From assembly GCA_035529375.1 (NCBI GenBank), contig DATKWU010000017.1:2579-66578 (forward strand): a DNA stretch of 64,000 nt, read 5' to 3'. This document shows positions 39,605 to 47,791 of the stretch, in pieces; within the stretch, counting starts at the first letter, position 1, and every line of letters starts with the position of its first letter. A model generated the notes under the pieces. It was not told the DNA's origin and made no database searches. It saw only the letters and a list, made by a program, of their open reading frames with translations. Position numbers and translations under genes: made by a program. This stretch comes from Patescibacteria group bacterium. Its GTDB lineage: Bacteria > Patescibacteriota > Microgenomatia > PFEM01 > JAHIFH01.

Positions 39605-40373
39605 TGCTCTGATTGCCAAAAGGCTCATTGAACAAACTTTGACCAACTGGGTCAATCCTGAGATTGAAAAAAGGAAGAGCGAAGATAAACTTCCATCGGA
39701 TTTTAGGATTAAGGCTGCTCAGGTAATTTTTTCAGTAGGCGGGCCACCTTTAGTCAGAATCAATAGCGAAGTTAAAGTTATTATAGAAGCCAAGTTTAAT
39801 CGTCCTATTGAGAAAGGCGAGGCGGTTTTGAATAAGGATATTGAGGATATACGCTCTTTTCGCCTTATTGATGAAGAAAAAGATTTTGGACATATCACCA
39901 TCGTAAAACTCACAAAAGGTTGGTTTGTGGGCTTTAGCTTTATTTATGATGTCTCGAAATCCAAAGAAATTTATGATATAGCCATTGAATTTATGAAGTC
40001 TGCTCACGCTGAACTTGAGGCCAAGAGATATCGTCCTTTTGTAGAAAGCGCTTTTGTTGCTGCCGAGAACCTTGCTAAGGCAAGAATTTATCTCCTTCCC
40101 GATCAAGAAATTAGGAAGACAAAGACCCACGGCCTCGTGCATGGAAAGGTAAATAGATATGCTCGGACGAGCAGTATCATAAAGACTGATCAAAAAGATG
40201 TCTTCAATGAACTGAAAAAATTAAGAGAGAGGGCTCGTTATGACCCAAGGTTTAGTATGGAACACAAAACTGCAGAGGAAATGTTCGAAGCGCTCAGGGA
40301 ATTAAGCAAGGAGGTTTTTCGCTATCTTGTTAGATTTGGTGAATTATCTGATAAAGCAAGCAGCGTTAGTTAA
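39594..40373 (+). CDS. HEPN-domain protein
   Basis: AAENLAKA, KTHG, LRERARY; coupled to upstream gene. Confidence 0.7.
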   Translation: MKNDALIAKRLIEQTLTNWVNPEIEKRKSEDKLPSDFRIKAAQVIFSVGGPPLVRINSEVKVIIEAKFNRPIEKGEAVLNKDIEDIRSFRLIDEEKDFGHITIVKLTKGWFVGFSFIYDVSKSKEIYDIAIEFMKSAHAELEAKRYRPFVESAFVAAENLAKARIYLLPDQEIRKTKTHGLVHGKVNRYARTSSIIKTDQKDVFNELKKLRERARYDPRFSMEHKTAEEMFEALRELSKEVFRYLVRFGELSDKASSVS

Positions 40374-40523
40374 CAAATACCAGAAGTTGTTGAGTTTGTT
40401 TGGCCGTGAACTCTGGGTATTCTCGGTAGTTTGCCCAATCTATTCTTCCGAAATCATACCATCGTTCGAGTTAACAACAAAACAACTTTCTTTCTAATGG
40501 TATAATTGGGACAGAGCAAGTTC

Positions 40524-41351
40524 ATGGAATTAGGGCAGGTAATCAAAAGAGTCCCGGGCTTCAGAAGTGGAAGCAAAATAAAGGCGGGAATAGCCTCAGT
40601 CTTCTACTTGCTCGCAATTTTTTTCATCTTGCTGATTGTTGTCCCTCCTCCTGAAACTGAAAAATCCCAGATTGAAGAACAAGCGGCTACGCCCACTGAA
40701 GGTATTCTGGAATCTGAGACTGAAGAAGAGAGAGAAGAAGTTTTAGTTGCCAGGGTTATTGACGGCGACACCATTGAGATAGAAGGGGGACAAAAGGTCC
40801 GCTACATTGGGATAGACGCACCGGAATCGGTTGACCCGAATGAGCCGGTCGGTTGTTATGCCCAGGAAGCTTCTGAGAAGAACAAAGAGCTGGTTTTGAA
40901 TAAAAAAGTCAGGCTTGAAAAAGATGTTTCTGAAATGGACCGATACGGAAGACTGCTCCGTTATGTCTGGGTTGGAGATTTGCTGGTCAATGAATATTTG
41001 GTCAGGGAAGGTTACGCTCAGTCGAGCACCTATCCGCCTGACGTCAAATATCAAGACAAATTCATTGAGGCTCAGAAAAAAGCGAGGGAGGAAGAAAAGG
41101 GCCTTTGGAGCATTGACTGTGATACTTGGGGTCAATTCACACCTACTCCAAGGCCAACTCTTAAGGCTACCCCGACACCGACTCCAATTTCCAAAAGCAC
41201 AATTTATACATGTGATTGTTCAAAAACTTGCACACAAATATCATCCTGCGAGGAGGCCCAATACCAACTTAATGTTTGTGGATGTTCAGCTAGAGATGGG
41301 GATAAAGATGGGATAGCTTGTGATGGCCCCCCTCTTAATTGCCAGAAATGA
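40524..41351 (+). CDS. membrane-anchored thermonuclease (SNase) with Cys-rich Excalibur-like tail
   Basis: VIDGDT, RYIGIDAPE, DRYGRLLRY, DGDKDGIAC. Confidence 0.9.
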   Translation: MELGQVIKRVPGFRSGSKIKAGIASVFYLLAIFFILLIVVPPPETEKSQIEEQAATPTEGILESETEEEREEVLVARVIDGDTIEIEGGQKVRYIGIDAPESVDPNEPVGCYAQEASEKNKELVLNKKVRLEKDVSEMDRYGRLLRYVWVGDLLVNEYLVREGYAQSSTYPPDVKYQDKFIEAQKKAREEEKGLWSIDCDTWGQFTPTPRPTLKATPTPTPISKSTIYTCDCSKTCTQISSCEEAQYQLNVCGCSARDGDKDGIACDGPPLNCQK

Positions 41352-41550
41352 AAACTGTATTTTATTTCAAGAGACCTTGCTAATTGTGTCACGATTATCA
41401 ATAAAGCGAAACAAGGTTCCTCGCAAAGCGAGGGTTCTTATCAAAAATTGAAGTTGTTCGTAGCGCAGGGCATTAAGCGCTGAAATCTTGGTGGCTCGTT
41501 TAGCGGGATAAATACCAGTGACGATTCCCACCAGAAGCGAAAGGAAAACA

Positions 41551-42672
41551 ATGGCTAATCGTGCTTCAAAAAAGAAGATAAAAAAACCTCGGAATTACAA
41601 GAGAAGACGCGATATGAATAAAATAATTGCCTTTAGTGAAGAAAACCTAAAATCGATATTTTATGTAAGAAGAGGAGAAACAAAATATATCGGGTCGAGA
41701 GAGTCAACGATCCTAGAGTTTAAAGAAAATTTTAACTTTGGAAGTTTAGGAAAATATGCAAAGATAATGGCATCTTTTGCCAATACGAAGGGCGGGTACA
41801 TTGTTTTTGGGATCAAAAATAGTCCCAGAGAAATTATCGGAATAAATTTAACAAAATTTGAAAACATTGATATAGCAAAATTGACAGGAAGCCTTAATGA
41901 CATCTTCTCACCCGCGATTGAGTGGGATATAAGGTCGCACAGATGGAAAAGTAAAGATTTTGGGATCATATACACACACGAAAGCGATGAGAAGCCGATT
42001 ATTGCTACAAAAAATTATAAAGACATTATTAAGGAAGCAGAAATCTATTTTAGATACTATGGGAGAACGGAAACAATTAAATTTTCTGAGTTAAAGCAGA
42101 TTATACTTGAAAGGTCAGATCAGGAAAAAAGGGCATGGATGGAAGTTTTCAAGGAAGCCCTAGAAATTGGCCCTAAAAATGTGGCCCTACTAGACACTTT
42201 TAAAGGAAAGATTCAGGGTTTGGGTAAAACAGTTTTAATTGATGAAAAACTACTCCCAAAGCTTAAATTTATTAAGAAGGGAGAGTTTACTGAAAAGAAA
42301 GGCGAGCTTACCCTAAAGCTTGTAGGAGACTTAAAAACTGTTCCAGTTGGATTACTAAAAGAACGAAAGGTTATTTTGGGAGAAGATATTTACAGATATC
42401 GTGCAAGTAATGTTTGTAAGGTAGTTGAAAAAGAGATTAAAAAACAATTCAGAGTCGGGTCAGAGCATTTAAAAGCCTGGAGAGTCCATAAAATAAGAGA
42501 ATCTGGAAAACCATCAAAATTACCCTTTAGAAATGAATATTGTGAATATAAAGAGGCAGAAAGAGATTATCGCTACTCGAAGGCCTGGATAGATTTTCTA
42601 GTTGAAAAGTATTCTGACCAAAAAAAGTACAATGAACTAAAGAGACTACCGCAAAATCCACGTGTCAAATGA
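41551..42672 (+). CDS. AlbA_2/Schlafen-domain protein
   Basis: ESTILEFKE, ASFANTKGGYIVFGI; start uncertain. Confidence 0.82.
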   Translation: MANRASKKKIKKPRNYKRRRDMNKIIAFSEENLKSIFYVRRGETKYIGSRESTILEFKENFNFGSLGKYAKIMASFANTKGGYIVFGIKNSPREIIGINLTKFENIDIAKLTGSLNDIFSPAIEWDIRSHRWKSKDFGIIYTHESDEKPIIATKNYKDIIKEAEIYFRYYGRTETIKFSELKQIILERSDQEKRAWMEVFKEALEIGPKNVALLDTFKGKIQGLGKTVLIDEKLLPKLKFIKKGEFTEKKGELTLKLVGDLKTVPVGLLKERKVILGEDIYRYRASNVCKVVEKEIKKQFRVGSEHLKAWRVHKIRESGKPSKLPFRNEYCEYKEAERDYRYSKAWIDFLVEKYSDQKKYNELKRLPQNPRVK

Positions 42673-42700
42673 GTATACCAAACCATTTTTATAGCGAAAT

Positions 42701-43270
42701 ATGATTGATAATAAAGTCGGAAGTGATTGGCAGAAAAAATTTAGAAATCTATTTGAAAGTAAAGACTTGATTGTCGTTCCGCTCGATAAAAAGAGCAAGA
42801 ACAGAAGATGTGTGGATTTTTGGGTACACAAAAAGATAGACTATCAGGAAGGTTTTCTATGTGAAGTCAAATCTGTTAACGTCGTTGGATTTGATGAAGA
42901 AATAAAAGCGCAAATAAGTTCTCGGGATAATAAGTTTTGGGGTTCAGTTGGGAAAAATGTGCGCGAACATAACTATGATCATTATGGTGTTGAGAGTAAA
43001 GTCAGAGAACGGCTGATTGATGCTTTAAGCCAATATGAAGATTCATACTTAAGTCGCTTTAAAATAGTAAAAGAAGGAAAGCCTTTTGTAGTGGCTATCG
43101 GATTTGACTTTACCGCATTTCCCAATCAAGTAAATTTTTCTCAACTTCTTCAAGAGTTCCCGCTTGTTAGTGCCGTGTTGACACTTGAAGGGAATGATAT
43201 GGAAACCTTCAAGGTTTACACAAACAAAATTTCGAAAATCTCTTTTAGATCAGCCTGTTTTTTAAACTAA
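42701..43270 (+). CDS. putative PD-(D/E)xK nuclease-fold protein
   Basis: VDFWV...FLCEVKS. Confidence 0.5.
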   Translation: MIDNKVGSDWQKKFRNLFESKDLIVVPLDKKSKNRRCVDFWVHKKIDYQEGFLCEVKSVNVVGFDEEIKAQISSRDNKFWGSVGKNVREHNYDHYGVESKVRERLIDALSQYEDSYLSRFKIVKEGKPFVVAIGFDFTAFPNQVNFSQLLQEFPLVSAVLTLEGNDMETFKVYTNKISKISFRSACFLN

Positions 43271-43294
43271 TAATATCTATTATAATCCAGACAG

Positions 43295-43777
43295 ATGTTT
43301 CCAAGAAGAAAAATCCTTACTGTTTTCTCAATTATTGCCGTTTTTTTCTTGATAGCCTTGGGTTTAAACGAAAGAGCAAGAAATCACCGAAGATTCGTTT
43401 CCACTTTTTCTGAAATGGTTATTAGCACCGATGAGGCCCTTTTAGACTTCTCTGAGGTAGATGTTAAATACTTGAAGGGTGAAGAAACTGAAGAGAACTA
43501 TAAAACAGCCTGGCTTGACCTTAATTACAAACTAGAACAGGTTAAGCAACAGGATGATAGGCTTCAAAGCCCACCAAAGGAGCTAGAAGAGCTTGTTTCC
43601 ACCTATCGGGCGGGATTATATCGGGTGCTTTCGGTAACTAATGACGTGGTGGACTACCTTAGTGGAGAGACAGAAGACCCAGTTATCATCATCAAAAACA
43701 GAGAAACATTTGAAGAGGGACTGAAACTATTAAGGGAAGTGAAGGATAAACTACAGCCCCCAGGGAAGATAGTTTAA
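43295..43777 (+). CDS. single-TM helical hypothetical protein
   Basis: N-terminal TM; TATAAT leaderless start. Confidence 0.6.
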   Translation: MFPRRKILTVFSIIAVFFLIALGLNERARNHRRFVSTFSEMVISTDEALLDFSEVDVKYLKGEETEENYKTAWLDLNYKLEQVKQQDDRLQSPPKELEELVSTYRAGLYRVLSVTNDVVDYLSGETEDPVIIIKNRETFEEGLKLLREVKDKLQPPGKIV

Positions 43778-43853
43778 TTTCTTTAAACAAAACACCCCCT
43801 TCGCATAAATATTTCATTATGCTCCCAAGCTACCTGAAAAATTCCATCATTGC

Positions 43854-44453
43854 CTATGGTATGTAGTAACCAAATCCAGGACTAGCCGGACTCTTGTATA
43901 TCAGGCCATGTTCATCAAGTGCTGGGTCGTTGGATACCTGCTGGATGATAGCGAATGCGCCCCAAATTGCTGGTCCGATTTCGACTCCATCGGCCGTATA
44001 CCAAGTTCCACCTATGTTTTCTGCGTCGGCAGGAGCGGCTACAATCTTAACAAAGTATTCCCAGTGTGAACCGTCTTCGTTAACTCCCGTTTGATGGTTA
44101 GTAAGCCATGCCCCAGAGCCAATGTAGGATGTGTAACCATAGTAGCGATCCAACAAATAGTCATCATTACAGTCTGTATTTGACAGCCAAGCATCATTCC
44201 ACTTCATCACTAGATCGACGTCACAGTAGTCACCTCCAATAACTCGGTCGTAGTCACAGTAGCGGCCATTGAACATGTGGGCCTGATAGTTGTAACCATA
44301 TTCATCGTATCCTGTTGTTAATAGTTCTCCCGTCGAGGCATATAGTTCTCCACTTTGAATGGTTTTGCAAGCTGGATCTGGCTTAGCTCCAAACACTGGG
44401 ACTGCGGCTAAAAGCAGGGCGGCGCCAGCGGCTAAAATTGCCCATTTCTTCAT
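43854..44453 (-). CDS. secreted Gly/Tyr/Trp-rich hypothetical protein
   Basis: signal peptide, SD aaaggaggtg. Confidence 0.7.
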   Translation of the reverse strand: MKKWAILAAGAALLLAAVPVFGAKPDPACKTIQSGELYASTGELLTTGYDEYGYNYQAHMFNGRYCDYDRVIGGDYCDVDLVMKWNDAWLSNTDCNDDYLLDRYYGYTSYIGSGAWLTNHQTGVNEDGSHWEYFVKIVAAPADAENIGGTWYTADGVEIGPAIWGAFAIIQQVSNDPALDEHGLIYKSPASPGFGYYIP

Positions 44454-44598
44454 TCTTTTTCACCTCCTTTCTTTATAAAAAAACCAGCCCTAAAGCTGGT
44501 TGTTATTAATAATTGGGCAGGAAATAGAGAAGAATTTCCTTTTCACTTCCTCTACCATAACAAACGCTATAAGTCTTGTCAATAACTCAAAATACATG

Positions 44599-44706
44599 GC
44601 ACATCTGTCTTCGCTCGTCAAGGGTTTTCAATAAACTGCGCTTCGCTTGCCCTTGACTTCACTTCGCCAGCTGTGCGGTTGGACATCTATCGGAGGCAAG
44701 GCCTCC
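44599..44706 (+). promoter_or_regulatory. nested stem-loop, candidate ssDNA (Frpo/sso-like) promoter
   Basis: gcacatctg/cagctgtgc, gtcaaggg/cccttgac, ggaggc/gcctcc inverted repeats. Confidence 0.5.
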
Positions 44707-44724
44707 ACAAAAAAAATTATTAAA

Positions 44725-44931
44725 ATGACCATCACTCAAATCCAAACCGCTATTTTAGGCTCACCGGAGTTTGAAATAAAACCAGAAGCGAATTACAAGC
44801 CCAGGGTTTCCGCTGAGCACCTCTGCCTGCTTTGGCTTCTGAAGAGAAAGACCGGCAAGCCGATTACCAAGCTGGTGGCCGAGGCGATTGACCTTTATTT
44901 AGAAACGGTTGACTGGCCGGAAAGGAGGTGA
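44725..44931 (+). CDS. small RHH-like DNA-binding protein
   Basis: LLWLLKRKTGKPITKLVAEAIDLYL. Confidence 0.55.
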   Translation: MTITQIQTAILGSPEFEIKPEANYKPRVSAEHLCLLWLLKRKTGKPITKLVAEAIDLYLETVDWPERR

Positions 44932-44937
44932 GACTAG

Positions 44938-45270
44938 ATGGAGCTATTGACCAGAGAGCTTGAAAAAAGATTTGCCAAAGTTGGCCGCCAGGAAAACAAA
45001 GAGGACCCGTTGGTGATTGCCAAGTTTTTTAATCCGGCCGGAGCCGGCAGCTGGTACGCCACCGAATACGACCCGAGAAAGAAAATGTTTTTCGGGTATG
45101 TGTCACTCTATGGCGACGGGAACGACGATTGGGGCTATTTTTCCTTAAAAGAACTGGAAGATTTCGAAAGCCCGTATGGAACCGGCATTGAAAGGGATCT
45201 TGAATTTGGGGAATGCCGGTCAAGTAAGATTGTCACCAAAGTTTGGCCAAATATTGAAATCGCAGAATAA
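44938..45270 (+). CDS. DUF2958-family protein
   Basis: KFFNPAGAGSWYATE, GYFSLKEL, IERDL. Confidence 0.8.
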   Translation: MELLTRELEKRFAKVGRQENKEDPLVIAKFFNPAGAGSWYATEYDPRKKMFFGYVSLYGDGNDDWGYFSLKELEDFESPYGTGIERDLEFGECRSSKIVTKVWPNIEIAE

Positions 45271-45290
45271 GAAAGACTTCTCTCGTTAAA

Positions 45291-45404
45291 TTACGGCATA
45301 AATGGTTTTTTCCAGGTTGAGGGTTCAAACATGAGGTCAACAATACGAGGATCAACGTCAAGGGTGTCAGCGAGTTGATTTCTGAACTTGGGATAATCCT
45401 CGTC
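45291..45404 (-). repeat. orphan copy of the 3' end of the 46060-46806 gene
   Basis: QLADTLDVDPRIVDLMFEPST vs QLANALDVDPRIVDLMFEPST; 25 bp identical. Confidence 0.8.
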
Positions 45405-45432
45405 AGTTGTCAGAATAACGTATAATTGTGTT

Positions 45433-45921
45433 ATGAGAGAAAGGGTTAAACAGGCAATAGCAAAAAGGTTTTTGGATTTTTCCATGCGCGGCAGTCTCGA
45501 TGAATACCTTAATCCTACCCAAGAACTTAGCAACTTTGGAAAATGTTTGGTTAAAAAAGTAGTCCCCATTGAGAATCTAGACCGAGAGCTAGTAATACTT
45601 GACTGGCCCTGGCTGGAGAAAGAGCATCAAGTCGACATGGCAATCTATTCAAAGAAAGGAAAATACCAAGAAGGCAGTCCTGTTCAAGTCATTGAGGCAA
45701 GAAGTGATTTTGATAAAGAAATAGAGGGATTCACCTCGACATTAAAAAATCCACTGACGGGAAACTACACTACTGTTACCCATATTTATTTAGCCCGGCC
45801 AATGGAAGGACAAAAGGATTTACTAACAGATATGCAATTAAAACCAGTAAATTCCCAACTAGTTTCTGGGTTAGACCCGGTAATAGTCGGAAGTCTTGAA
45901 GGCTTTCCTGGCTATACTTAA
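45433..45921 (+). CDS. hypothetical protein
   Basis: TATAAT 45421 then ATG. Confidence 0.6.
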   Translation: MRERVKQAIAKRFLDFSMRGSLDEYLNPTQELSNFGKCLVKKVVPIENLDRELVILDWPWLEKEHQVDMAIYSKKGKYQEGSPVQVIEARSDFDKEIEGFTSTLKNPLTGNYTTVTHIYLARPMEGQKDLLTDMQLKPVNSQLVSGLDPVIVGSLEGFPGYT

Positions 45922-46059
45922 TCCTCCGCAGAGACTGTGATTACCTCATTCAGGCCTTAAAATTATAATTCCCTCATCTCTCCTACCCTAGAATGTCGAA
46001 GTAAGACTAAGGCCTGTAACTTCATTCTCAGGTGTCAATAGGATCCCACCTAGAGGGTT

Positions 46060-46806
46060 TTAGCTAAAATTTGGATGCTGGAAAAGAAAATAGGTTGAGG
46101 GTTCAAACATGAGGTCGACAATACGTGGGTCAACATCAAGAGCGTTCGCTAGCTGATCCCTCTTTTTAGGGTAAATCTCATCAAGAGAAACGAGACCGTT
46201 TTCCAAAAAAGCGATGAAGCCGGGTTCAACATCAAGGTAGGCGGCGGCAACCTCTGGGGCTATCCCTTGACCCTGACGAAGAGCTTTAATAATCACACCT
46301 GCCTTACATACTAGTTCAGCTTCCTGCCGTTCCGCTTCGCTACCTTGCAACTTTTCGTACAGATTTCCAGAGCGTTCCACAAGCTCATCATTCCATTCGC
46401 GAGTGAAACCGTCTTCTTCACCGCCTGCTAAGAGAATTTCAAAAAGATCGGATCCTATGCCAAGTTCCAGAAGCTCCACTACTTCCTCTGGCTCATATAC
46501 CCTTTCTGAAATAGCAATTTCGCTTAATTCTAAAAGTTTCGTTTGGTCTAAAAAACTCGCTTCCTTAATTGAGTCCAGAAGTTGAATGGCTGTTTCTTGA
46601 TCGGAAGAAGCAATGATTCCTAAAAGGCTGGATTCTCCGCTAGACTGGGCTTCATCCATTTCACGCACCCTACTTTTTAGCTTCGATAATATTGGCTGCT
46701 TTTCGGCATTAATTTTTTGCTGCTCCAGGCGCCGCCCTTGCCAGACTTCGGCAATTTCTTTTGGCAGTTCGGCAGGAGGTCTCAATTCTTCGGGATTGAT
46801 AGCCAT
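46060..46806 (-). CDS. hypothetical protein with C-terminal XRE-like HTH
   Basis: IKALRQGQGIAPEVAAAYLDVEPGFIAFLENG. Confidence 0.65.
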   Translation of the reverse strand: MAINPEELRPPAELPKEIAEVWQGRRLEQQKINAEKQPILSKLKSRVREMDEAQSSGESSLLGIIASSDQETAIQLLDSIKEASFLDQTKLLELSEIAISERVYEPEEVVELLELGIGSDLFEILLAGGEEDGFTREWNDELVERSGNLYEKLQGSEAERQEAELVCKAGVIIKALRQGQGIAPEVAAAYLDVEPGFIAFLENGLVSLDEIYPKKRDQLANALDVDPRIVDLMFEPSTYFLFQHPNFS

Positions 46807-46867
46807 GTAGCTTATTATATCAGATAGATCAATTTATCTTTATAAAAATTTAAATAATCCTCAATGG

Positions 46868-47647
46868 TTAAATAATTGCCTGCCAAACCTTCTTGCCTAC
46901 TCCCTCTTTTTTTATTTTCCCTGCCGTGGTTAAAAAGAACTGAATTTCGTAATTTTCTTCATCTTCCTGGGTTTCCCTGATGAATTTGTTTAAATATGCT
47001 TGCATGTATCTGTCCGAGCAGACTAGGAGAATGGTCGGGAAGGGGTGGCGGGTGGTTTTCTCCCAAAAATTGGATTGATAATAATTAAAAAATCTAAAAA
47101 GACGATGCCGCAAGGCATAACGGGGCGTTTTCCTGACAAACATTTCCAAAAAATATCTTTTGGTTTCACCCTGCGGCTCTTTGATGACGAAATACAAATC
47201 CGGCAGGGGTTCGGGGAGATAATCGTGTTTAGCCAAATCGGTCCGGTGGAAAAATTGGAGTTCGGCCTTGTCTTCCAAGCATAACTTGACCAGATGAAAA
47301 TAGATATCAGCTAGGAAAAGGCAGTGGTTGATGAATTTTCTTGAGCGTAAGTTTTCGCGATAGATTCGGTTAAGCAAGGCCTGGTTAATTTCTGGTTCTT
47401 TTCTCAAAACACCAGCCGCCTTTGACTTCAGGTAATAAATGGCTGGCTGGATGTTTTCTCCAAATTTTCGGGAGTAGATTCGACCAAGATACTTTTTCTC
47501 GGTTAATTCTTTCAGCCAGGCATTGATTCGCCCGGGGTTTTGGTGGTTGAGGAATTTTTGAAGATGATGACGATTGAGAAAGCGGAAGCGATATAAAAGA
47601 GTGAGGATTTCTATTTGCTTTGAGGTTGGTTTTTTTGTTTGATTCAT
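46868..47647 (-). CDS. replication-relaxation (Replic_Relax) family protein, candidate relaxase
   Basis: LYRFRFLNRHHLQ wHTH, HCLFLADIY, LPDLYF...YFLE, FPTILLVC. Confidence 0.8.
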   Translation of the reverse strand: MNQTKKPTSKQIEILTLLYRFRFLNRHHLQKFLNHQNPGRINAWLKELTEKKYLGRIYSRKFGENIQPAIYYLKSKAAGVLRKEPEINQALLNRIYRENLRSRKFINHCLFLADIYFHLVKLCLEDKAELQFFHRTDLAKHDYLPEPLPDLYFVIKEPQGETKRYFLEMFVRKTPRYALRHRLFRFFNYYQSNFWEKTTRHPFPTILLVCSDRYMQAYLNKFIRETQEDEENYEIQFFLTTAGKIKKEGVGKKVWQAII

Positions 47648-47791
47648 AAGGTCGTTGGTGTTGGTTTATTTCCCCCAACTTTTGGCTGTTGACGTTTCTC
47701 CTCCTTATTTATAAGGGATAAGGGGTAGTGGTTATCGTCATTTTTAAGGCTAAATTCATTGATTTTTTGTGGTAGAGCGCTACGACAATTT

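Noticed and set aside
45291-46185. DGR template/variable repeat pair
   Set aside because: Mismatches are not adenine-specific (many C/T third-position changes), and there is no reverse transcriptase in the window.
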